NCBI GenBank assembly: GCA_036336835.1
Contig: JAYZFK010000078.1
Span: forward strand, 1 to 61,627
Reading direction: 5' to 3'
Length of the DNA: 61,627 nt
Origin: Myxococcota bacterium
GTDB taxonomy: Bacteria; Myxococcota_A; UBA9160; UBA4427
A program made the position numbers and the translations under genes. Below the pieces are notes generated by a model. The model did no database searches. It had not been told where the DNA came from and was given only the letters and a program-made list of their open reading frames with translations. The stretch's first letter is position 1, and the number at the start of each line of letters is the position of its first letter. Positions 51,245-60,636 of the stretch are shown piece by piece.

Positions 51245-52714
51245 CTAGGGCCTGCCGGGGCGAGCGGTGGCGAGTGCGCTCGCGTAGACGGCAGAGAGAC
51301 CCATGACGTGGGTTGCGATCGTGTAGCGGGGGCTCACGGCGTCCGCGTGGAGCGCGAAGGCGGCGCCGTTTGCCAGCGCGAACGCGATCGCGGGAATCCA
51401 CGGCAGCAGCGCGGTGGTCAAGGCCTCCGGGGCTTGGCGGCTCTCGCGGCGCCAGCGCGCGAGGGCCGCGGCCGCGAGCAGCGCGAAGACGACCCCGGAC
51501 AGCGCAAGGCTCGCGTGCGCCAGCCGTGGATGATGCTCGGTCATCCGCTCGTGGGTCCATGGGAGCATGTCGCTGCGCGACAACGCCCGGTAGCCGTGCA
51601 CGTCGAGCGCCTCGAGCGTGAGCATGCGCGGATAGAAGCCGACGGTCGGCAGCGTATTCTCGATTCCATCCTTCACGGTGTCGAAGACGATGGCCGGGCC
51701 GCGCTGGTCCCATGCGGCTCGCGCCATCTGATCGGTCAACTGCTCGGCTTCGGCCGCATTGCCGCCGCTCACGCGCTCCATCACCGGTCCGGGGTTGAGG
51801 ACGTGCTTGTCGTAGAAGGCGACGTCCGACTCCGTGAAGCGGCGCTGCACGTCGGCCGGCAGTGCGCCGAAGACGTCGCCGAGGTGCGGGAAGATCACGC
51901 GAGCGTGCAGCATGATCGAGCCCTGGCCCGGTCGGCCGTAGTCGGAGAAGACCAGCCGCTCCGTGGTGACGCTCGCCGCGAGGCCGAGCGCGACGAGTCC
52001 GGCTGCAAACGCGAGGCGCGCAGGCAGACGCGCGAAGGTGTGCAGGCCTCGCCGTGCGATCCAGAGCCAGACCGCGGCGCTCGCGGCGGCGACGCACAGC
52101 AGGACGTATTTCTTCTCCGGTCGCAGCAGGCTCGCGGCGCTGAAGGCAAGGAACAGCCATGCGCCGTCGCGCGTTGGTCTGCGGCCGCCGAGGGCGATGC
52201 GGGCGAGCGCGCCGCAGAACACCAGCGAAGCGGCCATCGCGAGGGCGTCGGGCATGATGCTGAGTGCGAAGTGCGCCACGAGCGGGTCGACCAGCAGCAG
52301 GCTCGCGACTGCGAGGGAGCCGACCCAGCGAAGCGAAGAGGCGCTCGGCGAGATGGCAGCCTGGCTGCGCAGCCAGTAGACGAAAGCCCCGGCGCACAGC
52401 AGGAGCTGCAGCAGCTGCACGAGCGCGATCCCGTCGGGCGCCGTGCACGGCGCGTCGGGATGCTCGTTGTCGATCACCCGGAGGAATGAGGGCGCTCCGC
52501 CCAGCCGATCTGCCGCGGCCAGGAAGGCGGGATAGGCGATCCCGCGGTGGGCGTCGACGCGCAGGACGCGCGCCAGCTCGAAATAGGCGTTGCTGTCGTG
52601 GTAGTGCGGGAGCTCGCCGAGCTCGGCGACCGTGTAGGACAGGCCCAGCGCGAGCTGGCCGCCGAGGAGCACCAGCACCCACCGCGACAGCACTCTCGGC
52701 AGCGGCCCGGCCAT
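51245..52714 (-). CDS. Polytopic membrane protein, putative GT-C
   Basis: YHDSNAY loop, SIMPDALA, LLRPE, C-terminal PRY. Confidence 0.6.
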   Translation of the reverse strand: MAGPLPRVLSRWVLVLLGGQLALGLSYTVAELGELPHYHDSNAYFELARVLRVDAHRGIAYPAFLAAADRLGGAPSFLRVIDNEHPDAPCTAPDGIALVQLLQLLLCAGAFVYWLRSQAAISPSASSLRWVGSLAVASLLLVDPLVAHFALSIMPDALAMAASLVFCGALARIALGGRRPTRDGAWLFLAFSAASLLRPEKKYVLLCVAAASAAVWLWIARRGLHTFARLPARLAFAAGLVALGLAASVTTERLVFSDYGRPGQGSIMLHARVIFPHLGDVFGALPADVQRRFTESDVAFYDKHVLNPGPVMERVSGGNAAEAEQLTDQMARAAWDQRGPAIVFDTVKDGIENTLPTVGFYPRMLTLEALDVHGYRALSRSDMLPWTHERMTEHHPRLAHASLALSGVVFALLAAAALARWRRESRQAPEALTTALLPWIPAIAFALANGAAFALHADAVSPRYTIATHVMGLSAVYASALATARPGRP

Positions 52715-52920
52715 CGCACGAGTCTACCGGAGCCGCCCAGCCGTCCATCTTATCGGGGTATCGTCGGCCCGACGTCTGCGCCCGGAGAGGTCGATCCCAG
52801 TCCGCACGCGAGGCGCTGACCCGTCGCTGGAAGCGACGTTCGAGGGGATCGAGCGATCACGGATCCCGGAGCGCCACGCCCGCCCGCGAAGCCGCCAAGA
52901 GACCCCATGGGAGGCCCAGC

Positions 52921-53226
52921 TTGATTCTCGAAACCGCTGTTCTCAACGTGCGCGCCGTCGAGGCGCCGGCCTTCGAGACGTCCTTTCGGGAGGCGGAGGG
53001 CATCATCGCGTCGATGCCCGGGTACCTGTCCCACGAGCTGCTCGAGTGTGTCGAGGTGCCGTCGCAGTACCTGCTGCTGGTGCGCTGGGCAAGGCTCGAG
53101 GACCACACGGAGGGCTTTCGCCGCTCAGGCGAATACCAGCGCTGGAAGGCGCTGCTCCATCACTACTACGACCCGTTCCCAACGGTCGAGCACTATCGGG
53201 CGCTCCGCGCAGCCCCCGTTGCCTAG
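52921..53226 (+). CDS. ABM family monooxygenase
   Basis: MILETAVL, MPGYLSHEL, WARLEDHTEGFRRS, LLHHYYDPFPTVEHY; GGGAGG RBS before TTG. Confidence 0.88.
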   Translation: MILETAVLNVRAVEAPAFETSFREAEGIIASMPGYLSHELLECVEVPSQYLLLVRWARLEDHTEGFRRSGEYQRWKALLHHYYDPFPTVEHYRALRAAPVA

Positions 53227-53252
53227 GCAACAGCTGACGACTCGCGCCCCGA

Positions 53253-54434
53253 TTACGGGCCGAACGAGGCGGGCAGCTCCATCCAGCCCTGCACGAACTC
53301 GGTGCGGTTGCGCCGGGCCTCGGCTTCGCGGACTTCGTACTCGGGTGCGCGCGTCAGCAGCTCGCGAAGCGCGACCTCGGCCTCCATCTTGGCCACGTGG
53401 TGGCCCAGGCACATGTGTGCTCCCTGTCCGAAGGCGAGCATGCGCGCCGATCGCCGATGGATGTCGAACCGATCGGGCTCGTCGAACTCGCGCTCGTCGC
53501 GGTTCGCCGCGGCCCACAGGAACATCACCCCCTGCCCGGGCTCGATGCGGTGTCCGCGGATTTCGCAGGCCTCGACGCAGGTCCGGCCTAGCATCTGTGT
53601 CGGGGTGTCGAGGCGCAGGGCCTCGAGGAAGGCAGCCCGCGCGAGCTTCGGATCCGTCGCGACCTGTGCGCGCTGATCCGGGTGCTGCCAGAGCCGATAC
53701 AGCGCGGCGCCGAGCGCCTTCGGGAAGGTATCGCTGCCCCCGATCATGATCAGCGCAAGCGTCGAAGCGATCGAGGCGTCGTCCAGCACCTCGCCATCGA
53801 TCTCGGTCGTGAGCATTGTGTGCAGCACGCCGGTCGCCTTGCCCGGATCCCCGCGCATCTGCCGCGTGAAGTCGAGGCACCAGAAGAACATGTCGCGCCC
53901 GGCCCGTGCGACCACGTCGGTCGCCCCCTTGTGCCCCGGCGTGCGATGCATGATCCCGTTCACCCATTCGATGGCCTGATCGCGCATCTCGCTCGGCATG
54001 CCGCCCGTCACCAGCGCGCCGGTGGTCGCGATCTTCGCGGCGAAGTCCTGCACCAGGTCACCCTCGCCGCGCTCGAGCAGCTCGTCCACCAGCTCGCTGG
54101 CGAGCTCGCCGATCTGCACCCGCAGCGCGCCGAGGCGCGCAGGCTGGAAATGCGGCTTGATCTGCACACGTCGCTTCGAGTGTTCGGGCGGATCATAGGC
54201 GGCGAGCGACATGGTGTTCGGGATGTCACGCGTCAGCAGGTGCCCGGGCGTGGTGCCTTTCAGCGTACGGAGGTGCTTCGAGTCGCTGGCGGCGTCCCAC
54301 ACCACGTCGAAGCGCGACAGGAACCAGCAGTCGAATTCCTCGCTGTAGTGGACCGGCGAGTCGTCGCGCAGCTGCTGATAAATCGGGTACGGGTCCTCCA
54401 TGATCTCGTCCAGGTACGGGTCGTAGTCGATCAT
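53253..54434 (-). CDS. Cytochrome P450
   Basis: DPPEH, GGSDT, EALR, AFGQGAHMCLG. Confidence 0.95.
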   Translation of the reverse strand: MIDYDPYLDEIMEDPYPIYQQLRDDSPVHYSEEFDCWFLSRFDVVWDAASDSKHLRTLKGTTPGHLLTRDIPNTMSLAAYDPPEHSKRRVQIKPHFQPARLGALRVQIGELASELVDELLERGEGDLVQDFAAKIATTGALVTGGMPSEMRDQAIEWVNGIMHRTPGHKGATDVVARAGRDMFFWCLDFTRQMRGDPGKATGVLHTMLTTEIDGEVLDDASIASTLALIMIGGSDTFPKALGAALYRLWQHPDQRAQVATDPKLARAAFLEALRLDTPTQMLGRTCVEACEIRGHRIEPGQGVMFLWAAANRDEREFDEPDRFDIHRRSARMLAFGQGAHMCLGHHVAKMEAEVALRELLTRAPEYEVREAEARRNRTEFVQGWMELPASFGP

Positions 54435-54445
54435 CGCTTCCTTCC

Positions 54446-55894
54446 TCAGCTGTTTGCGGCGTGACGGCCCGCGCGTCGGCCGAAGAACGTGGCTTCACCG
54501 ATGGAGGTGCCGCTCGAGTAGCCAGGCGACGAGAGCGAGGCGGCGGTGCGCCCAGCTGCGTACAACCCCGGCACCGGCTCACCGTCGCCGTCGCGCACGC
54601 GGCCGTCGGTATCCGTATCGAGACCCCCGAGCGTGAACGCCGCGTAGATCGCCTTGTCCCAGCTCATGTCGATCGCGCCGAAGGGAGACTTCTCGAGGGG
54701 CACGACGTACTGGCCGCCCTTGTGGAAGACCGGATCTTCGCCCTCGCGCGCGTGTCGGTTGTAGAGCTCGACCGTGTGCTCGAGCGTGCCGCTCACGAAG
54801 CCGAGCTCTTCCTCGAGCTCGGCGATCGTCTCGGCGGCGTGGATTTCGCCGCCGGCGAACATCGGTCGCTCGAACGTCGCGTCGTCGAGGATCAGCCAGA
54901 CGCGGCCCTCCTGCTGGTACATGCAGATCTCGCCGGCGCGGCCCTGGTAGACGTCCTCGGGCATGAAACGCTGCCCGGCCCGATTGACGAAGATGCCCTT
55001 CATCAGGGACTTGGGCGGGTAGAAGGGCAGCGTCACAGAGGCCATGTGCATGCGGATCGGGTTGCCCCCAGCGCCCATTCCCATCCGAACGCCCGAGCCG
55101 TCATCGCCTTCGGTCGCGGCCTTGAAGCGAGCCTTGTAGAGCTCGGGCGCGTATTGGCGGAGCATCTGCTCGTTCATTGCGAAGCCGCCGGCGCACAGGA
55201 TCACGCCGCGGTCGGCGCGGATCGTCGTCTCGCTGCCGGCCTGCGTCGCGATCACGCCGACGACGCGGCCCGCATCGTCCTGTACGAGCCGGTCGACCCG
55301 GGTGTTGCTCTGGATGCGAGCGCCCAGTGCTTCGGCCCGCTCGACGAGCAGCCGCATCAGGAAGGCTCCGGTCATGCCTTCCTGGGCGGCCATGTGAGCG
55401 CGGGGAGCCGGCTTCGCGAGCTCGCGGAACGGATGCACCAGCTCGTTGCCCGAGTAGGTGAGTCCCTGCTCCTCGGGCGCCAGCATGCGCTGGTCGTAGA
55501 ACTCGGCCTTGAACGGGATGCCCTGATCGACGAGCCAGTCGTAGTGCGCCGGGCTCTCGTCACAGTAGATCCGGATCCGCTCTTCGAGCGGCTCGGGTCC
55601 GCAGGCGGCCATCAGGTAGTCGAACATGTCCTCCGGCGTGTCCTCGAAGCCGCACGCCTTCTGCAGCGCCGTGCCGCCGCCGAAGTACATCATGCCGTCG
55701 GAAGCGGCCGTGGTACCGCCCGGCCCGCCGAACCGCTCGAGGGCGAGCACGCTGGCGCCGGCGCGCCGTGCCTCGATTGCGGCACAAGCTCCAGCGCCGC
55801 CCACCCCGACGATCAAGACGTCGGCCGAGTCGTCCCAGTGCGCGACATCGGATGCGCGCTGAGCCCGTGCCGGCCTGCTCCGTTCGCTGCTCAT
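54446..55894 (-). CDS. FAD-dependent oxidoreductase (3-ketosteroid dehydrogenase/fumarate reductase family)
   Basis: GVGGAG, GGTTAASDG, LCAGGF, DDGSG, FTLGGL, GLYAAG, YSSGTSIG. Confidence 0.85.
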   Translation of the reverse strand: MSSERSRPARAQRASDVAHWDDSADVLIVGVGGAGACAAIEARRAGASVLALERFGGPGGTTAASDGMMYFGGGTALQKACGFEDTPEDMFDYLMAACGPEPLEERIRIYCDESPAHYDWLVDQGIPFKAEFYDQRMLAPEEQGLTYSGNELVHPFRELAKPAPRAHMAAQEGMTGAFLMRLLVERAEALGARIQSNTRVDRLVQDDAGRVVGVIATQAGSETTIRADRGVILCAGGFAMNEQMLRQYAPELYKARFKAATEGDDGSGVRMGMGAGGNPIRMHMASVTLPFYPPKSLMKGIFVNRAGQRFMPEDVYQGRAGEICMYQQEGRVWLILDDATFERPMFAGGEIHAAETIAELEEELGFVSGTLEHTVELYNRHAREGEDPVFHKGGQYVVPLEKSPFGAIDMSWDKAIYAAFTLGGLDTDTDGRVRDGDGEPVPGLYAAGRTAASLSSPGYSSGTSIGEATFFGRRAGRHAANS

Positions 55895-56535
55895 CCCGCC
55901 TCACACCCCTCTCGCGATGTCAGGCCGCGAGCCAGTGCGCGCGCCGCGTACCGAGTGAGCTCGTCGCGCTGGTAGCCGAGTGTCCCCGGCATGTTGGTTC
56001 CGTGGTGATCGGCGATGCCGAACAGCGTCGACCACACATAGGGCATCACGGCGGGGCCACGATCGAGTGCGATCCCCTGGTTTCGCGCCGCGATCTGCAG
56101 CGCGTGTTCGAGTGCGGTGGTTGCATCGACGAAGGCCTGCTTGGTGGAGGCCACTGTCGGGCTGTGCTCGACTTCACCTCGCGTCCACTCGTGGATGTGG
56201 CGACCGAAGTGCCGGTACAGGTCGACCAGCTCCGGCATCAGATGCATCACCAGCGCTTCGACCGACTGCAGCGCAGCGGGCCCCAGCTGATCGAGCGCCA
56301 TCCGCAGGTCCGCGAACCGCTGCACCATCAGCGTCGCGAAGATCTCGCCCTTGTTCGGGAAGTAGGAGTAGAGCGTCGCGGGACTGATTCCAGCCCGCTG
56401 CGCGATCGCCCGAACGCTCAACCGGTCGTACCCCTCTTGCCCCAGCAGATCCGCCGCGGCTCGCAGGATGTCCCGCCGGCGGCCGACGCGGTCGCCCCAC
56501 CTGGTCTGCGGCAGCGGGTTGGAGGAGGAGGTCAT
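55891..56535 (-). CDS. TetR/AcrR family regulator
   Basis: ILRAAADL, SVRAIAQRAGISPATLYSYFPNKGEIF; ATG 56535 with GAGGA RBS. Confidence 0.9.
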   Translation of the reverse strand: MTSSSNPLPQTRWGDRVGRRRDILRAAADLLGQEGYDRLSVRAIAQRAGISPATLYSYFPNKGEIFATLMVQRFADLRMALDQLGPAALQSVEALVMHLMPELVDLYRHFGRHIHEWTRGEVEHSPTVASTKQAFVDATTALEHALQIAARNQGIALDRGPAVMPYVWSTLFGIADHHGTNMPGTLGYQRDELTRYAARALARGLTSREGCEAG

Positions 56536-56547
56536 GGGCGTGTCCTC

Positions 56548-56568
56548 AAATCGAACAGTGTCCGATTT
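56548..56568. promoter_or_regulatory. Palindromic operator, probably for the adjacent TetR
   Basis: AAATCGAACA-G-TGTCCGATTT (9 of 10 paired) just upstream of the TetR RBS in an AT-rich divergent region. Confidence 0.6.
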
Positions 56569-56736
56569 TAGCTGAATTCGACGGAGAATCAATCGGGGAG
56601 AAAACAGAATTAATCTATTTAAGACAAGTAGTTGAATGAATTTAGAAACTTCTGGATAACTGACACGATGTTCACAAACATCTGGTAGCGTTGTGACGGA
56701 TCCGTGGGTCCCGGGAGGCAGAGGAGAACGGGTGCC

Positions 56737-58236
56737 GTGGCCGGAGCGCTGACGCGGCGATATTTCCTGAAGACGGCGGGTGCCGCCGTCGCGACCGCGC
56801 TGGCACCGGTGCGCTGGGCCTGGGCGGATGCGGATCCCTTCGTTCGCCTGGATGCGACCGCCCAGGCCGAGCTGGTGCGAGCCGGTGAGGTCACCCCTCT
56901 CGAACTGGTCGATGCGGCGATCGCACGGATCGAACGGCTGAACCCGGTGCTGAACGCCTTCGTGACCACGTGCTTCGACCGGGCGCGCGAGCAGGCCCGG
57001 GGCGCGCTGCCCGACGGACCGTTTCGCGGCGTTCCGTACGCGATCAAGGACCTGTCCGACTATCAGGGGACGCGCGCCACGATGGGCTCGCGGCTGTTCG
57101 AGGACAACATCTCGAAGCGCAGCAATGGCATCGTCGAGCGAGCGCTCGAAGCGGGGCTGGTGATCCTCGGCAAGACCAATACCCCCGAGTTCGGGCTGCT
57201 CTCGACGACCGAGTCCGAGCTGCTCGGGCCGGCGCGCAACCCGTGGAACCTCGAGCACAGCACCGGGGGCTCGAGCGGAGGCGCCGCTGCCGCGGTCGCT
57301 TCGGGCATGCTGCCCTGCGCCCAGGCCAGTGACGGCGGCGGCTCGATCCGCATCCCGTCGTCGGCCTGCGGCGTCTTCGGCCTCAAGCCCTCGCGCGGGC
57401 GGATCTTTCGAACCAGCGAGGCGCTACCCGGCGACATCGCCGTTCGCTTCGGCGTCAGCCGGACGGTACGCGACTCGGCGCGCTTGCTCGCCGCCAGCGA
57501 GCTGCGAGATGCGCCGGCTCTGGCGCCCGTGGGCTTCGTCGAAGGACCCTCGACGCGACGGCTGCGGATCGGCTTCGCCACGGTCAACGCGAAAGGCGAG
57601 GCGGCCGATCCCGAGGTCCAGCACGCGCTCGAGGCCACGGCGATGCTCTGCGAGGCGCTCGGTCATACCGTCGTGGAAGCCGCTCTGGAGATCGACGGCG
57701 ACGAGTTCGAGCACCACTTCCTTTCGGTGTGGGCGTCCCTGCCCGCCAGGCTCGAGGCGAACGCCTGGCTGATCGGTCTCACGCAGCTTCGCTGGGTCGG
57801 GGCCGAGGACGTCCTGGAGCCGTGGACGCGGGGCCTGGCGAAGCTCCACGAGGAGCGGGGAGCCGATTCGGTGGCGCAGGCCGTCGCCTATTTCCAGCAG
57901 ATCGCGCAGGCGTACGACCGCTTCTTCGAGCAGCACGACATCCAGCTGACGCCCGTGCTGCGGGAGCCGCCGATTCGCCTCGGAGAGCAGGCCCCCGGCG
58001 TTCCGTTCGAGGCACTCCTCGCGGAGGTCGTCTCCTACGCGTCCCATACGCCACCGCAGAATGCGGCGGGCACGCCGGCGATGTCCGTTCCCCTCTCGTT
58101 GAGTTCGGCCGGACTGCCCATCGGAAGCCAGTTCACCGCCCAGCGGGGTGGCGAGCGAAGCCTGCTCGAACTCGCCTACGAGCTCGAGCAGGCACAGCCG
58201 TGGGCCGATCGCTGGCCGCCCGATTCGGCGCTCTGA
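56737..58236 (+). CDS. Amidase-signature enzyme with Tat signal peptide
   Basis: LTRRYFLK twin-arginine motif; GVPYAIKDL, GKTNTPEFG, GGSSGG, SDGGGSIRIP. Confidence 0.92.
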   Translation: MAGALTRRYFLKTAGAAVATALAPVRWAWADADPFVRLDATAQAELVRAGEVTPLELVDAAIARIERLNPVLNAFVTTCFDRAREQARGALPDGPFRGVPYAIKDLSDYQGTRATMGSRLFEDNISKRSNGIVERALEAGLVILGKTNTPEFGLLSTTESELLGPARNPWNLEHSTGGSSGGAAAAVASGMLPCAQASDGGGSIRIPSSACGVFGLKPSRGRIFRTSEALPGDIAVRFGVSRTVRDSARLLAASELRDAPALAPVGFVEGPSTRRLRIGFATVNAKGEAADPEVQHALEATAMLCEALGHTVVEAALEIDGDEFEHHFLSVWASLPARLEANAWLIGLTQLRWVGAEDVLEPWTRGLAKLHEERGADSVAQAVAYFQQIAQAYDRFFEQHDIQLTPVLREPPIRLGEQAPGVPFEALLAEVVSYASHTPPQNAAGTPAMSVPLSLSSAGLPIGSQFTAQRGGERSLLELAYELEQAQPWADRWPPDSAL

Positions 58237-58257
58237 CGCGCCCCGAAGCGAGACCGT

Positions 58258-58548
58258 TCAACGCTTCTGGCGGAACATTCCGTCGAAGGTCGCGGCCTTG
58301 CGCTCCCACCTCCACTCGCGCGGAAGCTCCGCGGGCAGCAGGGACTCTGCCGCGGCAGGTGTCTCGGGCGTCGTGGCCACCCGGGCCTCGACGACGGGGT
58401 AGGCGACTCTGACGAACGCTGCAACGAGCAGCGCCGCACTTGCCAGCACGATGACCCGCCGCGGGCCGACGGGTGGCCGCTTTGCCAGTGTTCGGCGGGC
58501 TCGGCCGGTGAAGACGTCGCTGAGGGGATAGTCGAGTGCATGAGCCAT
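58258..58548 (-). CDS. Small single-pass membrane protein
   Basis: GGAGG RBS; one TM; C-terminal ELPREWRWERKAATFDGMFR. Confidence 0.6.
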   Translation of the reverse strand: MAHALDYPLSDVFTGRARRTLAKRPPVGPRRVIVLASAALLVAAFVRVAYPVVEARVATTPETPAAAESLLPAELPREWRWERKAATFDGMFRQKR

Positions 58549-58618
58549 GATGTCCTCCGTATGCTGTTTTCGCCTCGGTGGGTTCCCACACAGCATCGAT
58601 TCTTTGCAGCCGCCGCGC

Positions 58619-58634
58619 TGTGAAGCACTTCACT
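58619..58634. promoter_or_regulatory. CRP/FNR-family box
   Basis: TGTGA-AGCACT-TCACT versus TGTGA-N6-TCACA, in a divergent intergenic region. Confidence 0.5.
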
Positions 58635-58712
58635 CGCTTGCGGTGGTCCCTGCCGCTCCTCACCGCCCCCTCGTGTGTGATACACCTGAACACCCTGCGG
58701 GGAGGAGCACGC

Positions 58713-59720
58713 ATGCGGGTCGACCGAATGGTCTGGGGCGAGTTGGGGAGCATCGCGGGCCAGGCGCGCGCGATCGAGGCCGAGGGCTTCGACGGCTTGA
58801 TCGCGGCCGAGGTGAACGCGGACCCGTTTCCCCCGCTCACGATCGCCGCGGAGCACACCGAGCGCGTGGATCTGATGACGGCCATCACCGTGGCGTTCGC
58901 GCGCAGCCCGATGACGCTGGCCCAGGTCGGGCACGATCTGAATCAGTATTCGCGGGGTCGCATCATCCTGGGACTTGGCTCGCAGATCCGCGCCCACATC
59001 ACCGGGCGTTTCTCGATGCCGTGGTCGAAGCCCGCCGCGCGGATGCGCGAGTACGTCCAGGCGATGCGTGCGATCTGGGCGTGCTGGAACGAAGGCGAGC
59101 AGCTCGATTTCCGCGGCGAGTTCTACCAGCACACGCTGATGACGCCGAACTTCATGCCACCGGAGAGCCGACACGGCGCGCCGAAGGTGTTTCTGGCGGC
59201 GGTGGGTCCGCGGATGACCGAGGTGGCGGGCGAGGTGGCCGACGGGATGATTGCGCACGGCTTCACCACGGAGCGCTATATGCGCGAGGTGACGCTGCCG
59301 TCTCTCGAACTAGGGTTCGAGCGGGCGGGGAGGTCGCGGGCCGACTTCCAGCTCTCGTGCCCGCTCTTCCTGCTGTCGACTGACGACGATGCGACCTACG
59401 CGGCGCGTCGAGCGGGCTTGAAGCGGCAGATCGCCTTCTACGGCTCCACTCCCGCCTACCGTCCGGTACTCGAGCTGCACGGCTGGGGCGATCTGCAGAC
59501 GGAGCTCAACCGGCTGTCCAAGGCGGGGAAGTGGGTCGAGATGGGCGAGGAGATCAGCGACGAGATCGTCGCTGCCTTCGCCGTCGAGGCGCCGGCCGAG
59601 CAGCTCGTCCATGAGATGCTAGGCCGCTACGGGGACATGGTCGATCGGATGGCCTGGGGGCTCGACCTCGGCGATCCCGATCTGGAACGCGAGCAGATCG
59701 CGAAGCTTCGCGCGGGCTGA
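58713..59720 (+). CDS. LLM class, probably F420-dependent, oxidoreductase
   Basis: AFARSPM, LGLGSQIRAHI, GEFYQHTLMTP, QIAFYGSTPAY; GGAGGAG RBS. Confidence 0.88.
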   Translation: MRVDRMVWGELGSIAGQARAIEAEGFDGLIAAEVNADPFPPLTIAAEHTERVDLMTAITVAFARSPMTLAQVGHDLNQYSRGRIILGLGSQIRAHITGRFSMPWSKPAARMREYVQAMRAIWACWNEGEQLDFRGEFYQHTLMTPNFMPPESRHGAPKVFLAAVGPRMTEVAGEVADGMIAHGFTTERYMREVTLPSLELGFERAGRSRADFQLSCPLFLLSTDDDATYAARRAGLKRQIAFYGSTPAYRPVLELHGWGDLQTELNRLSKAGKWVEMGEEISDEIVAAFAVEAPAEQLVHEMLGRYGDMVDRMAWGLDLGDPDLEREQIAKLRAG

Positions 59721-59741
59721 GCGGGCGCGCGTCCGCCGCGC

Positions 59742-60518
59742 CTAGCGCTCCTTCTCGCCGAGCACCTTGCCCTCGAGCTCGTCCGAGCGCACGCGCACGC
59801 CGAGCCACTCGGGTGCCAGCTCGGCCCAGCGAAGGGCCTGATCGCGCGACATGTCGTCGATCCGGTCGAGGTGGGCAAGCGTCAGCTTGAGGCCGCGCGG
59901 GTCCATGCCGGCGATGGTGCGAAGAGTCTCGAGCGCAGCGTCCCAGAGCGACGCCGACGGATGCAGCTCGCTGGCGAAGCCGATGCGATATGCCTCGGCT
60001 CCGGAGACGACCTTGCCGGTCAGGATGATCTCCTTCGCGCGTTGCACGCCGAGCAGCCGGGCCCAGCGTGTGCTCGCACCCCAGGCGCCGAGTCCGGTGC
60101 CCAGCTTCTTCAGGTGCCAGTCGCTGATCTCGGCCGCCTCGCCGACGATCCGCAGGTCGCACGCAAGCGCGAGCTCTGCACCGCCCGTGCTGCAGACGCC
60201 GTCGATCACGGCGATCGAAGGCTTCAGCATGTCGTCGATGCGGTTCGTGATGCGAAAGCCCTGTCCCTCGCTGACGCCCTTGCCCTCTGCGAAGGCGCGT
60301 ACGTCGACCCCCGCGCTGAAGCACGGCCGCCCGTCGCGCCGAGGCCCCCCCGCGAGCGCCCAGACGCGGATCTCGTCGTCGCGCTCGATCCGGGTCAGCG
60401 CCGCTTCGAGCTCGTCGAACAGCGGTGTGGTCAGCGTGTTCAGCCGATCGGGACGCGACAGTGTGACCACGGCGACGCCGTCCTCGGGCTCGCTCCAGGT
60501 GATGTGCTCGAAGTCCAT
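59742..60518 (-). CDS. Enoyl-CoA hydratase/isomerase family protein
   Basis: LSRPDRLN, FSAGVD, KPSIAVIDG, GGAELALACD; GAGGAG RBS before ATG 60518. Confidence 0.88.
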   Translation of the reverse strand: MDFEHITWSEPEDGVAVVTLSRPDRLNTLTTPLFDELEAALTRIERDDEIRVWALAGGPRRDGRPCFSAGVDVRAFAEGKGVSEGQGFRITNRIDDMLKPSIAVIDGVCSTGGAELALACDLRIVGEAAEISDWHLKKLGTGLGAWGASTRWARLLGVQRAKEIILTGKVVSGAEAYRIGFASELHPSASLWDAALETLRTIAGMDPRGLKLTLAHLDRIDDMSRDQALRWAELAPEWLGVRVRSDELEGKVLGEKER

Positions 60519-60636
60519 GACTCGTCTCCTCGGGTGGACCCGGGATGATAGTGTGGTGGGACGTTCGGCGGGCGGTGCGCGCGACACCGCAAGAGCCGCG
60601 CCGGGCTCGGTCATCCGCCGATGGCAGCGCAGGCCG

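Noticed and set aside
58549..58620. Known riboswitch or hammerhead in the small-protein leader
   Set aside because: Lacks the conserved cores I can recognise (e.g. CUGANGA); kept only as an unassigned structure
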